Shown piece by piece: positions 43,246 to 52,747 of a DNA stretch of 64,000 nt (the first letter of the stretch is position 1; every line of letters begins with the position of its first letter). This DNA is from Bacteriovoracaceae bacterium (GTDB taxonomy: Bacteria; Bdellovibrionota; Bacteriovoracia; Bacteriovoracales; Bacteriovoracaceae). Made by a program: the position numbers and the translations under genes. The stretch is taken from positions 48,171 to 112,170 of the forward strand of contig JAMPXB010000002.1 in the NCBI GenBank assembly GCA_023701435.1, read 5' to 3'. The notes beneath the pieces are model-generated. The model made no database searches. It was not told the DNA's origin and saw only the letters and a program-made list of their open reading frames with translations.

Positions 43246-44448
43246 TTAATCCTGAAAGACTTGCAGATAAACAAACTTTAAATAGCGCATCTCAGGCAGG
43301 GCAAACGGAAAAGGGTGATCTTCCGGCTGACCCTTGATGAGAAGAACTTTGCCGCGTCGGCGCGACTTGGAAAGGGCCTCTTGCACGATCTCCAGAAAGG
43401 ATTCAAAACTAATATGTCCTGAACAGCTTGAGGCCGCAAAAAAGCCCCCATCTTTAACGAGACGTAATGAGTCAGCGAATATCTTTGTATAGGCCTCTCG
43501 TGCCGTATCCACTGCCTTTTGATTCGGAGCAAAGCTTGGAGGATCAGTAATAACGATATCCCAGGTTTTCTTTTCTTTAATGGCCTCGGCCACAAAATCA
43601 AAGGCATCTACACAAATGGCATCATGTTTCTCTGAAGGAAGTAAGTTGATCTGCCAGTTAACAACCGAAGCTTCAATCGCCTTAGGGGCAATATCCACCG
43701 TCGTGACTTTGCTCGCCCCGCCAAGACCGGCATAGATGGAAAATCCACCGGTATAACCAAAAAGATTAAGAAGAGATTTATCTTTTGAAACGGAACGGAT
43801 GAAGTTACGGTTTTCTCGCTGGTCCAGAAAAAAACCCGTTTTGGCGGCATCAATAATATTGGTACGGAATTTTACTCCGTGCTCAAGAAACTCGAGTTCG
43901 GCAAGATTACGGCATTCTCCGGCGAGGATCATGCCTTTTTCTTCTTCTTTATTTTTACGTTTAAAATAAACGCATCTGACAGGAATCTGTGACTGTTCCA
44001 TAAAATAGTTAGCGAGTTCTTCTTTTTTCCAGAAGGCCTCAGAAACAGTACCATCGAGCTTTAAAACAACCACACCGTCATAGTAATCGGCCACGACTCC
44101 AGGAAGTTCATCGCCTTCGCCATTTAAAAGACGAAAACATTTATTCTCTAATGTCAGGAGATGCTTTTTGTTGGAGATCGCCCGGCTCAGGCGCGTAACT
44201 ACTTCCTGATCATTAAATTTCTTATCGCCTAGGGTGAGCATCCGGAAGGAGAGATTAATGCTGGGAGAATAAAAACCATGAGCGATGATTTCATTCTTGT
44301 GGCTTACCAGTTGAACATAAGACCCCTCAGGAGTTTTAAGCTTTTCTACCGCGTCTGAGAAGATCCACGGATTTCCGCGCTTAATATGCTTGGTGAGGTC
44401 CCTGGTGAGTTTTAAACGCTGGGTTTTCTCAAAGGAAAAGTATTTCAT
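43246..44448 (-). CDS. rlmI: RlmI-like 23S rRNA m5C methyltransferase (PUA + class I MTase)
   Basis: GNPWIFSDAV (PUA region), LNLFGYTGGFS, DIVITDPPSFA. Confidence 0.75.
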   Translation of the reverse strand: MKYFSFEKTQRLKLTRDLTKHIKRGNPWIFSDAVEKLKTPEGSYVQLVSHKNEIIAHGFYSPSINLSFRMLTLGDKKFNDQEVVTRLSRAISNKKHLLTLENKCFRLLNGEGDELPGVVADYYDGVVVLKLDGTVSEAFWKKEELANYFMEQSQIPVRCVYFKRKNKEEEKGMILAGECRNLAELEFLEHGVKFRTNIIDAAKTGFFLDQRENRNFIRSVSKDKSLLNLFGYTGGFSIYAGLGGASKVTTVDIAPKAIEASVVNWQINLLPSEKHDAICVDAFDFVAEAIKEKKTWDIVITDPPSFAPNQKAVDTAREAYTKIFADSLRLVKDGGFFAASSCSGHISFESFLEIVQEALSKSRRRGKVLLIKGQPEDHPFPFALPEMRYLKFVYLQVFQD

Positions 44449-45368
44449 TGTTGATCTCCTTTAAGAAACCATGTCACTTCATGTTTATTGTGATGAAGAT
44501 GAACGATATGAGAGTTAGGAATTTCTAAAAATTTCAAGGTATTTTCCCAGTCAGTTTCTGACTGGTACTTAATGGTGCAGACGAAATTTTTTACTTTGCC
44601 AGAATCACGAAAACGCTTAACGAGGTTAAGAAGTCGCTCGGGATAACAGATAATATCCGAGCAGAACCAGTCTATTTCACCGAAGTCTTTGGGATCAAGG
44701 CCGAAAGCACTTTCTTTTCTAAAATCAATCCGCCCTAAATCCATGATTCTTTTTTCAATGGGTGCTTTATCCACGGAAATGACTTTATCAAATTCAAGAG
44801 TCCGCAAAACCCAGGTCCATCCGCCGGGACACGACCCTACGTCAATACTGGTTCCACCTTGAATGGCCTCAGGTGCGTAGACCGTGAAAAACTCCCACAG
44901 CTTTAAATAGGCGCGAGATGGCGGCATGACCTTGTCTTCCTGGAAGTCCATTTCGCCTAAAGCAAAAGGCGAAGAGGTTTTGGCCGTAGCAAGTATTTGA
45001 TCAGGCTCCCATAAGGTCCAAAATCCCATGAGACTGGCCGGCAGGGGATGACGAAAAGGAATTGGTTTTGTGTTGTATTTAGGAAGCTCGTTTTGAATGA
45101 GCTCCGCCCGACGGTGGTTGCCCACGGTAAAGAGTCCCCAGTTGCGACCCAAGGCCCGCAGTTTCTTGGCGGCATCATTAATCGAGGCAATAGGGATGAA
45201 TTCCAGACCAAAGGCAGTCATTTGGGCCCAGATCATCGCCGGGTGCTCGCCTTCCACCAGATACAAACGATCTTTCTTGTGGGCGACTTTAAGACCTTTG
45301 ATTTCAAACTCACGCTCGAGTTCGGATTCGAATTTATGAATTGCTAGGTAACCTGTATATTGTATCAT
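44445..45368 (-). CDS. rlmM: RlmM-like 23S rRNA 2'-O-ribose methyltransferase
   Basis: PPSRAYLKLWEFF, DVGSCPGGWTWVL, FCSDIICYP and HNKHEVTW parallel the E. coli RlmM motifs APSRSTLKLEEAF, DLGACPGGWTYQL, MVCDMVEKP and HDREEVTV. Confidence 0.7.
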   Translation of the reverse strand: MIQYTGYLAIHKFESELEREFEIKGLKVAHKKDRLYLVEGEHPAMIWAQMTAFGLEFIPIASINDAAKKLRALGRNWGLFTVGNHRRAELIQNELPKYNTKPIPFRHPLPASLMGFWTLWEPDQILATAKTSSPFALGEMDFQEDKVMPPSRAYLKLWEFFTVYAPEAIQGGTSIDVGSCPGGWTWVLRTLEFDKVISVDKAPIEKRIMDLGRIDFRKESAFGLDPKDFGEIDWFCSDIICYPERLLNLVKRFRDSGKVKNFVCTIKYQSETDWENTLKFLEIPNSHIVHLHHNKHEVTWFLKGDQQ

Positions 45369-45412
45369 TAAGAACTCTATACACTAACAATGACACGTGT
45401 TAAAAGCCTTCC

Positions 45413-46156
45413 ATGAAACATTTGATAAAAAACCAAGAAATGAAGGTCTATGGCCGTCATGCATGCCTTAAAGTCTTTGAAAAACGTCCTCAGGACATTA
45501 TCCGGGCCTATGTGACCCGTGATGGGGTCTTTGAATACAAGAGCTTAATGAAATTTCTCGCCGATCAGAAATTGGCCTACCATGTGGTGGATAAAGAAGA
45601 AATTGACGCAGTTACTCGCGCCACTCACCATGAAAACATCTGTTTAGTGGTTAAAACCAAGAGAATTCCTGAAGTGAAGGAACTACTCGACCAAAAAGGC
45701 AGAAGCCTCATTCTTTGCCTGGAAGAAGTGGAAAACCCTCACAATCTGGGTGCCATCATGCGGTCTGCGGCCCATTTTGGAGTCACCGGTATTTTTTATG
45801 AGGCCAAGGTTCCTGTCGCCCTTACGGCTTCAGCTTTCCGTACTTCTGAAGGTGGGGCCGAAAGTGTTCCGGCAGTTCATCTGTTAAATTGGAATGATGT
45901 CTTGGATATCGCCAAGAAAAATGGTTACAAGACTTATGCAACTTCCAGTCACGAGGGTGAGTCGATCTTTAAGACTGTCTTTCCTGAAAAAACTCTTTTG
46001 TTCCTAGGTGCAGAGGGTGAAGGTCTATCTGAGAAGCTTTTAAAGAAAATGAATCAGCTGATCTCCATTCCGGGAACCGGGGAAGTGGAGAGTTTAAATG
46101 TCTCCAACGCCACTACCGCGATTCTTACCGAATGGTATCGTCAGGGTCTTAAATAA
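45413..46156 (+). CDS. SpoU/TrmH-family RNA 2'-O-methyltransferase (RlmB-like)
   Basis: NPHNLGAIMRSAAHFG, LFLGAEGEGLS, IPGTGEVESLNVSNA. Confidence 0.85.
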   Translation: MKHLIKNQEMKVYGRHACLKVFEKRPQDIIRAYVTRDGVFEYKSLMKFLADQKLAYHVVDKEEIDAVTRATHHENICLVVKTKRIPEVKELLDQKGRSLILCLEEVENPHNLGAIMRSAAHFGVTGIFYEAKVPVALTASAFRTSEGGAESVPAVHLLNWNDVLDIAKKNGYKTYATSSHEGESIFKTVFPEKTLLFLGAEGEGLSEKLLKKMNQLISIPGTGEVESLNVSNATTAILTEWYRQGLK

Positions 46157-47025
46157 CTTCTACCGGTCGCATAGATTCCTGCGGGAAGAATGCGGCCGTC
46201 GTTTTGATGTTTAACGCCTAATTCGCCACACTCTGTTTTTTTCCACCGCTTATCATAAATAAGATTCTTAAGCGCTTCGGTCTGAACGCCATGGGTGTGG
46301 CTGGACAGAAAAAGAAATGAGTTATCTTTAGCAAGAACTGACAGCATCGCCTCTACCAGAAGATGGATGTGTTTTTCAAAGTCCCAGACTTCTTTTTTTA
46401 CCCCGTGACCCCAGCTAGGAGGATCGGCCAGAATGCCATCATAGACGAAATTCTTTTTGAAGGAATGTCTGATAAATTCCTGGGCATCGCCTTGGACCCA
46501 GCGGATGTTTTTATCATCAATCCGGCTGAGGTTTTGCGACTCTTTTCCCCAGTCCAAAACCCCCTTAGAACTGTCTACATGAAAGACTTCGGCGCCCGCT
46601 GCCGCCATAACCAAGCTGGCACAACCAGTATAACCAAACAGGTTCACCACTTTAGGAGCGCGGCCTAGTTTTGCTTTTAAAAATTTCACTTCTTCATAAA
46701 GCCACTGCCAGACAGGGATTTGCTCAAAGAACACTCCACAATGCCCAAAGGAAGTGAACTTAAGCCGGAACTGCAGGGTCTTTCCATCAATATCGAAAGG
46801 AAAGGTCAGGTTGGCCGAAGGTTCTTTCTTGTGCTCCCATTTGCCACCGCCATCTTTAGTGCGGATAACATTTGAGTTGGCCTGGTTCCATTCAGTGTCT
46901 TTGACCAGCGGTTTCCAGATGGCCTGAGGACTGGGACGGTTGACACGGATGCCGGAAATAATTTCAAGTTTTCTGCCAAGACCTGAGTCCAGCAATTGAT
47001 AGTGAGATAGATTTTCTGTGATCAT
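46141..47025 (-). CDS. Class I SAM-dependent methyltransferase of the RlmI/RlmK (PF10672-like) type, no PUA domain
   Basis: VNLFGYTGCASL and GILADPPSWG. Confidence 0.65.
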   Translation of the reverse strand: MITENLSHYQLLDSGLGRKLEIISGIRVNRPSPQAIWKPLVKDTEWNQANSNVIRTKDGGGKWEHKKEPSANLTFPFDIDGKTLQFRLKFTSFGHCGVFFEQIPVWQWLYEEVKFLKAKLGRAPKVVNLFGYTGCASLVMAAAGAEVFHVDSSKGVLDWGKESQNLSRIDDKNIRWVQGDAQEFIRHSFKKNFVYDGILADPPSWGHGVKKEVWDFEKHIHLLVEAMLSVLAKDNSFLFLSSHTHGVQTEALKNLIYDKRWKKTECGELGVKHQNDGRILPAGIYATGRSYLRP

Positions 47026-47705
47026 TTGATTCTAAAAGTTATTTGGATGTTAGTAGAGTAATTCTGAGTTCCGGCCTCAATCTGTACAGGTGCCGTGTCC
47101 ATCATGGTTTTCATCGCCACTCGGTGCTCTGGAATAGGTCTTGGTATATTAGGAACTTCATTTAATAAAATAACCTCACCGACTTGAAAGCCCAGTTTGC
47201 GGGCCAGCTGTTTGGCCTTTCCTTTGGCATCATCGGCCGCTATGTCCAGGCATCGCAAGTATTCTTCCTGGGATTTTTTCAATGAAAGAAAGGTCGCCAG
47301 GGAACCTACATTGTTTATTCCTAACTGAGAGGCCTTAATCATGACCTCACCAATTCGGGGAATTTCACTGGTCACGAGCTCAAGGGATAAAGACGCCCTG
47401 ATTCCCTTGTCGACATAACGTTCATTTTCATATTCGCGCACGGGATAGACCGAATACTGACCGTTTTTGAGCTCGAGATCTCTGAGCTCAAGTTTTTTTA
47501 TTTCGTCTTTGAGCTTCTGGATTTGCTCGTTAGTTTTTTTAACGGCAATCTTTTGATCCTTAGATTGATTTTCAGCGGTGAAAATAATTGACCCTCTATC
47601 CGGAGTCACCTTTATCTCACAGTTTCCCTGAACCTGAATTTGAGGTGAGTTGGCATTGGCCGCGAGGGCAAAAAGACCGGCCCCAAATACAAGAAGGATT
47701 TTCAT
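47022..47705 (-). CDS. SIMPL/DUF541 periplasmic protein
   Basis: Signal peptide; QVQGNCEIKVTPDRGSIIFTAENQSKDQ..AVKKTNEQIQKLKDEI; ATGA overlaps on both sides. Confidence 0.7.
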   Translation of the reverse strand: MKILLVFGAGLFALAANANSPQIQVQGNCEIKVTPDRGSIIFTAENQSKDQKIAVKKTNEQIQKLKDEIKKLELRDLELKNGQYSVYPVREYENERYVDKGIRASLSLELVTSEIPRIGEVMIKASQLGINNVGSLATFLSLKKSQEEYLRCLDIAADDAKGKAKQLARKLGFQVGEVILLNEVPNIPRPIPEHRVAMKTMMDTAPVQIEAGTQNYSTNIQITFRIK

Positions 47706-48937
47706 TCAATTCCTCTTAGTGCCAGATCTTCGGCCAGGACTGGCCCATTTTTGTCATCAATTTCCATTAAATAAAGAATGCCTTTAACCTTAACTTCATT
47801 TTGATAATTAGGAACGAGATCCATTGCCGTCATAATATCGTCGAGCAGTTCACGCTGATCCTGGTATTTCATTTCCGGATATGAGTTCTCTCTCTGAGCG
47901 ATACAGCCACTAGTACGCATGAACGGATAGTAAGGGGTCATAGGGTCTTTGTTTAATTTTCCCGTTCCGTGAATACGGAAAAGGTTTCGACCGGCATCCC
48001 GGGCCACAATTGTTGGTTTCCACCAATCTTCACGATGTGATGACTCCGGAAGAAGAGACTTAAGCAGTTTTTCATCTTGAGATTTTGGCACGAAATTCAG
48101 GATCATTCGGCGAAATTTACCAAATGAAAGCTGCTGATCTGCTGACGGCATGACTGAATCAATCGTGAATATTCCTGCTGGCGTATTTCCGTTACGGGTA
48201 TAGCTTGGAAGTCCTCTGGCAGATGAGGCCAGGGCCCGATGAGTCCAGATGGATCCGTCTGCATTTCTTACGATTTCTCCATGAATATCTCTCATGGTCA
48301 TAAGACATGGATAAAGACGGTTATCACGGCAGAACATGAAGATTTTAACCGATTTTACGTACTCACCATTCATATAGATGGTGGTGTCAGGAGCATTGTA
48401 GAAAAGATCAGTAATAACGCTATCAGTAGTTTCTTTGCTTCTGATTTCATCTTCGGAAATATCAAAGTAAGGTGGATGATTTTTAGCATAAGAGATGAGC
48501 TTATCATGTCCTGCTGCCAGTAGCTCAGCTTCATAGGCAGCAATAGTGTAGATCAGCCGAACATCAACCAAGGGATTTAAAAGTGCATTTAATAGTTCCG
48601 CCTCCAGCTCTGGAGGAAGTTTATCAGCACGCTGATTTTTAAGTTTTAAAATGGCCACTCGAAGCTGTTCAGTGAGTTCGTAATGCAACGGCTCGAGTTC
48701 ATTTAAGGTTTTGAGGGCCATTTCATTCCCGTCTTCACTTAAATCCCAGAGAGCATCGACATACAGTGATTGTTCCTGGGCAGTGAAGCCTGAAAAGCGA
48801 CTGCTTGTGCTTCCTTCAAGAATGTTTTGTTGAAAATCATTATACAAAACTTCTTCAAAAATATTTTGCTGATTAGGAGTTGCCCAAACACTTGGCAAAA
48901 ATGCTAAAGTAAGAGCAATTGACATCCAATGTTTCAT
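47702..48937 (-). CDS. Secreted protein with L,D-transpeptidase-like HG..SxGC motif
   Basis: Signal peptide MKHWMSIALTLAFLPSVWA; C-terminal FRIHGTGK..RTSGCIAQRE. Confidence 0.45.
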   Translation of the reverse strand: MKHWMSIALTLAFLPSVWATPNQQNIFEEVLYNDFQQNILEGSTSSRFSGFTAQEQSLYVDALWDLSEDGNEMALKTLNELEPLHYELTEQLRVAILKLKNQRADKLPPELEAELLNALLNPLVDVRLIYTIAAYEAELLAAGHDKLISYAKNHPPYFDISEDEIRSKETTDSVITDLFYNAPDTTIYMNGEYVKSVKIFMFCRDNRLYPCLMTMRDIHGEIVRNADGSIWTHRALASSARGLPSYTRNGNTPAGIFTIDSVMPSADQQLSFGKFRRMILNFVPKSQDEKLLKSLLPESSHREDWWKPTIVARDAGRNLFRIHGTGKLNKDPMTPYYPFMRTSGCIAQRENSYPEMKYQDQRELLDDIMTAMDLVPNYQNEVKVKGILYLMEIDDKNGPVLAEDLALRGIE

Positions 48938-49194
48938 GCTTAGTAGTCCTTTTAAATGAGGCGGAGACTCAAAACGTAACTTTTAACATACCAGTAGACA
49001 AGGAAATGTTAGAAAATGATAGTCTGGCATTCAAGCGAAAGTGCATTAAACCAGAATTAAGCACACCATTAGAAATACTTATTAAAGAGGTAACTTATGG
49101 AAATTATTTATGGTCTTTGCGTCTACATCTTGACGTTATATTAAAAAGCATTAACTTAAGAGAGTTCCTTGGAACAATTTTAACGGAGTAATAA

Positions 49195-50085
49195 ATGGTT
49201 AAGCGTATTTTTTTATTCGTACTGACAAACGTATTGGTTTTAGTTTCGGTCAGCATCATTCTTAGTGTTTTAGGAGTAGGAAACTATCTAACTGCTTCTG
49301 GAATTAACTACACCTCTCTGATGGTGTTCTGTCTTGTATGGGGCTTTGTTGGTTCTGGTATTTCACTTCTTTTGTCCAAGTTTATGGCCAAGAGAATGAT
49401 GGGTGTCGAAATCGTAGATGATCGCGGTCAATACGGCGAGCTGGTTCGTAAAGTTCACCAAATGGCCAAGCAGGCCGGTATCACTAAAATGCCAGAGGTG
49501 GGAATTTATCATTCTCAGGAAGTAAATGCTTTCGCTACGGGCCCATCCAAGAACAATGCTTTGGTTGCCGTATCAACTGGACTACTTCAGCAAATGAACA
49601 GCGATGAAGTGGAAGGTGTACTTGCCCACGAAATTGCTCACGTCGCTAATGGTGACATGGTAACAATGGCCCTGGTTCAGGGTGTGGTAAACGCCTTTGT
49701 CATGTTCTTTGCCCGTATTGCGGCCTTTGCTCTTCAAAACTTTTTAAATGGTGATAGAGATGATGATCGTCCGATGACTCAGGGCTGGGCCTATCATATT
49801 TCTGTGATGGTCTTTGAAATTGCCTTCTCGTTTTTAGGAATGTTTGTTGTGGCCTATGTTTCAAGAATCAGAGAGTTTCGTGCCGATAAAGGCGGAGCTC
49901 AATATGCCGGAAGACATAAGATGGTTGCGGCCTTAAAGCGTCTTCAGCAAAAGATCGATTTTGTTGATGACTCTCAGGATGCACTGAAAGCAATGAAGAT
50001 TTCCTCTAAAAAAGGTCTGATGAATTTCCTTTCAACTCACCCGAGCTTAGAAGATCGAATTGCCGCTTTAGAACGCTCTTATTAA
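49195..50085 (+). CDS. htpX: Membrane zinc metalloprotease HtpX
   Basis: Two N-terminal TM, HEIAHVANGD (HExxH), two further TM, and C-terminal THPSLEDRIAAL. Confidence 0.9.
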   Translation: MVKRIFLFVLTNVLVLVSVSIILSVLGVGNYLTASGINYTSLMVFCLVWGFVGSGISLLLSKFMAKRMMGVEIVDDRGQYGELVRKVHQMAKQAGITKMPEVGIYHSQEVNAFATGPSKNNALVAVSTGLLQQMNSDEVEGVLAHEIAHVANGDMVTMALVQGVVNAFVMFFARIAAFALQNFLNGDRDDDRPMTQGWAYHISVMVFEIAFSFLGMFVVAYVSRIREFRADKGGAQYAGRHKMVAALKRLQQKIDFVDDSQDALKAMKISSKKGLMNFLSTHPSLEDRIAALERSY

Positions 50086-50098
50086 TAGAATCTTAAAG

Positions 50099-50122
50099 GA
50101 AGGGGGAAGCGCTTCCCCCTTC
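50099..50122. terminator. Perfect 24-bp palindrome / hairpin after htpX
   Basis: GAAGGGGGAAGC|GCTTCCCCCTTC, with no strong T-run. Confidence 0.5.
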
Positions 50123-50152
50123 AGTTTCCGCCCTGAATGCCGATTAGGGCTT

Positions 50153-51802
50153 ATGAATTTGAACCAATCAGTCAGTTTAAGACTAAACGAAGTCCTTCGT
50201 AAGAGAACGAATGCCCTTTTTATTCCTCATTTATTAATCGTTTTTGTTTCTGTTTATATTTTTCGTGGAATGTATGATCTGCACCCAGAAGCCTTGATGG
50301 CCCTAGGGGTGATATTGGCCTCTCTTCTTATCCGTAAAATCATGGTTCAAGCTTGCAGTAAGGAGCGGTTTACTAATTGCTACACATTTCTTGTGATGAT
50401 TACTGGACTCGGCTGGGGCAGTCTTTTCTGGCTTGTTCACCAGTTTTATGGGGTCTTCAATTTTGAAACCTTATATGCGAGTGGAGTGATTCTCACTTTG
50501 ATTGGCGCCAGTGCCACCGCCTTTTCAGCTTCCTTGAAAGTGGCCATGACCTATCTGGTTTCTGTCAGCCTTGTTCCTGGCTATATGCTTTTTGCTGCGA
50601 CAACAGAGACTACTTATGTGTTGGGATTTTTATTAATCTTGAATATTATTTATCAGTTCTATCATGCCTATGTTTCTCATCAATACCTGAAGGATTCAAT
50701 TCATAATGAACTGAAAGCTCTTTATCAAAAAAACTCCTTGCAGGAGTTCATTGATTCTATCCCGGGAATTGTGACTATGGTCAACACTTCCGGAACCCAT
50801 ATTATGGTGAACAACTATTCAAATGGCTTTTTTAAGAGCAAGCTTTTGAATAAGAAAGTTGGCGAAGCCTTTCCTGATTCAACGACCTCCAGGGTTCTGA
50901 AATGCTTTTTGGAGAGTGGAAAGCCAGAAGAGATAATGGAAATTGATTCTGATGAATTGGGACCGGACAACTGGTACATGGTCAATTTAAAAAGAATCTC
51001 TGTTCCTGAGTGCGGAATCATTGCGGTCATTCTTCCCATTAATGAACTTGTTAAGGCAAAGAACGATCTCCGGATTCATAAGGCGCGGGCGATGTATGCC
51101 TCAAAGCTTGCTTCCCTGGGAGAGTTATCCGCAGGTATTGCCCATGAGGTGAACAACCCTTTGACCATCATCGAGGGGGCAGCAAGTCTTATTAAAGTGA
51201 TCCTTACGGAAAGACCCATGGATGAGAAGGCCCTTGAAAAATCGGCCGATAAAATTATCGAAACCAGTCACCGCATTGCCAAGATCATTAAGGGTCTGAG
51301 GATGCTTTCAAAGGACGCGGAAGAAGAGCCCTTTGATAACATTTCATTTTTTTCCATCGTTGAGCCAAGTTTAGAAATATGTAAAAATAAGCTACTCACT
51401 CAAAATATTAAGCTCACTGTTTTTAATCAGGAAAGTGATGTTGATTTATTTGGAAACGAGATTCAATTGGGGCAGGTGATGATGAATCTCGTTTCTAATG
51501 CTATTGATGCCGTAAGTGGCACTGATTCGTCCCGATGGATAGAGATTCATTACAAACCTAGTTTCGATTGGGTAGATATTGACGTGATAGACAGTGGAAC
51601 AGGAATTCCTTCGGAAATTGTGACAAAAATTATGGACCCTTTTTTCACCACGAAGGAAACTCACCAGGGAACAGGTCTTGGACTGTCGATTTCCAAAAAA
51701 ATCATTGAGTCCCATAATGGAAGTTTGATGCTGTTAACAGATGCCAAAAATACGACTTTTCGGATTAGACTTCCTCGTATGACTCTCTGGCCAAAGGTTT
51801 AG
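50153..51802 (+). CDS. Membrane sensor histidine kinase (multi-TM, PAS-like, HisKA, HATPase_c)
   Basis: ~6 TM N-terminal region; H-box ELSAGIAHEVNNPL; N box NLVSNAIDA; G boxes DSGTGI and GTGLGLS. Confidence 0.85.
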   Translation: MNLNQSVSLRLNEVLRKRTNALFIPHLLIVFVSVYIFRGMYDLHPEALMALGVILASLLIRKIMVQACSKERFTNCYTFLVMITGLGWGSLFWLVHQFYGVFNFETLYASGVILTLIGASATAFSASLKVAMTYLVSVSLVPGYMLFAATTETTYVLGFLLILNIIYQFYHAYVSHQYLKDSIHNELKALYQKNSLQEFIDSIPGIVTMVNTSGTHIMVNNYSNGFFKSKLLNKKVGEAFPDSTTSRVLKCFLESGKPEEIMEIDSDELGPDNWYMVNLKRISVPECGIIAVILPINELVKAKNDLRIHKARAMYASKLASLGELSAGIAHEVNNPLTIIEGAASLIKVILTERPMDEKALEKSADKIIETSHRIAKIIKGLRMLSKDAEEEPFDNISFFSIVEPSLEICKNKLLTQNIKLTVFNQESDVDLFGNEIQLGQVMMNLVSNAIDAVSGTDSSRWIEIHYKPSFDWVDIDVIDSGTGIPSEIVTKIMDPFFTTKETHQGTGLGLSISKKIIESHNGSLMLLTDAKNTTFRIRLPRMTLWPKV

Positions 51803-52743
51803 AAAAAGGATCCGCCGGGAAGGCATTGTCGCTGTTCTTCAATGAGACGCTTGACGAGCACTTCTACTGATGGCACGTCATGAATTAGGCCAGAGATCTG
51901 GCCAATTTCAATTTCGCCTTCATCCATGTCGCCTTCTAACATTCCCCGCCGGGCCCTTCCATGCCCCAGAAACTTTTCTAGTTCTTCTTTGGTAGCACAG
52001 TGGTCTTCCAGTGATTTTACTTCTTCGAAAAACTTGTTCTTATAAAGCCTCACCGGAATATGTTTTTTCATGGAGAGCATGGTGCTGGAAGATGTGGAAT
52101 TCACTATGGCCTGTTTAAAATTTTGATGAGCACTTGATTCGGTGGTGGCGACAAACCTGGTACCGAGTTGTGCTCCTTGAGCGCCAAGACACATGACGGC
52201 CGCGATGGCGCGTCCATCACCAATCCCGCCTGCTGCAATGACGGGAATTTTTACTGAATCAACTACCTGGGGAATAAGAGCGAGGGTAGTGATTTCTTCT
52301 CGACCATTGTGGCCACCGGCCTCAAAACCTTCGGCAATAACAGCGTCACATCCTGCGGCTTCACTTTTTATCGCAAATTCCGGACTGGATACAACATGAA
52401 TGACTTTTGCTCCTTCACCTTTTAACCAACTCGTATAGTTTTTAGGGGAGCCGGCGGAGGTGATGAAGGTGCGAATTCCCATTCTTAAACTGATTTCAAG
52501 TTGCTCGCGAGTTTTCTCATAAAGAAGAGGAACATTGACCGCCAAGCATTCAGGATGATTTGTAAGTTTCAGGGCCTTATTTAAATGTTCCTCAAGCAGT
52601 TCAGGTTTCATGGAACCGGCCCCAATGACACCGAGAATTCCGGCATTGGCGGAAGCTGCGGCAAGTTTTCCGCCGGAGACCCAGACCATTCCGGCCTGAA
52701 TGAGAGGGTACTTGATAGGAAGAAGTGAGCAGATATTTTTCAT
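51799..52743 (-). CDS. Nitronate monooxygenase / FabK-like FMN oxidoreductase
   Basis: KYPLIQAGMVWVSGGKLAAASANAGILGVIGAG and IPVIAAGGIGDGRAIAA. Confidence 0.8.
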   Translation of the reverse strand: MKNICSLLPIKYPLIQAGMVWVSGGKLAAASANAGILGVIGAGSMKPELLEEHLNKALKLTNHPECLAVNVPLLYEKTREQLEISLRMGIRTFITSAGSPKNYTSWLKGEGAKVIHVVSSPEFAIKSEAAGCDAVIAEGFEAGGHNGREEITTLALIPQVVDSVKIPVIAAGGIGDGRAIAAVMCLGAQGAQLGTRFVATTESSAHQNFKQAIVNSTSSSTMLSMKKHIPVRLYKNKFFEEVKSLEDHCATKEELEKFLGHGRARRGMLEGDMDEGEIEIGQISGLIHDVPSVEVLVKRLIEEQRQCLPGGSFF

Positions 52744-52747
52744 AAAG

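Noticed and set aside
48919-49191. 90-aa ORF filling the htpX leader
   Set aside because: It has no SD and no motifs, and it starts inside the divergent upstream gene. The region is better explained as a 5' leader with a short uORF.
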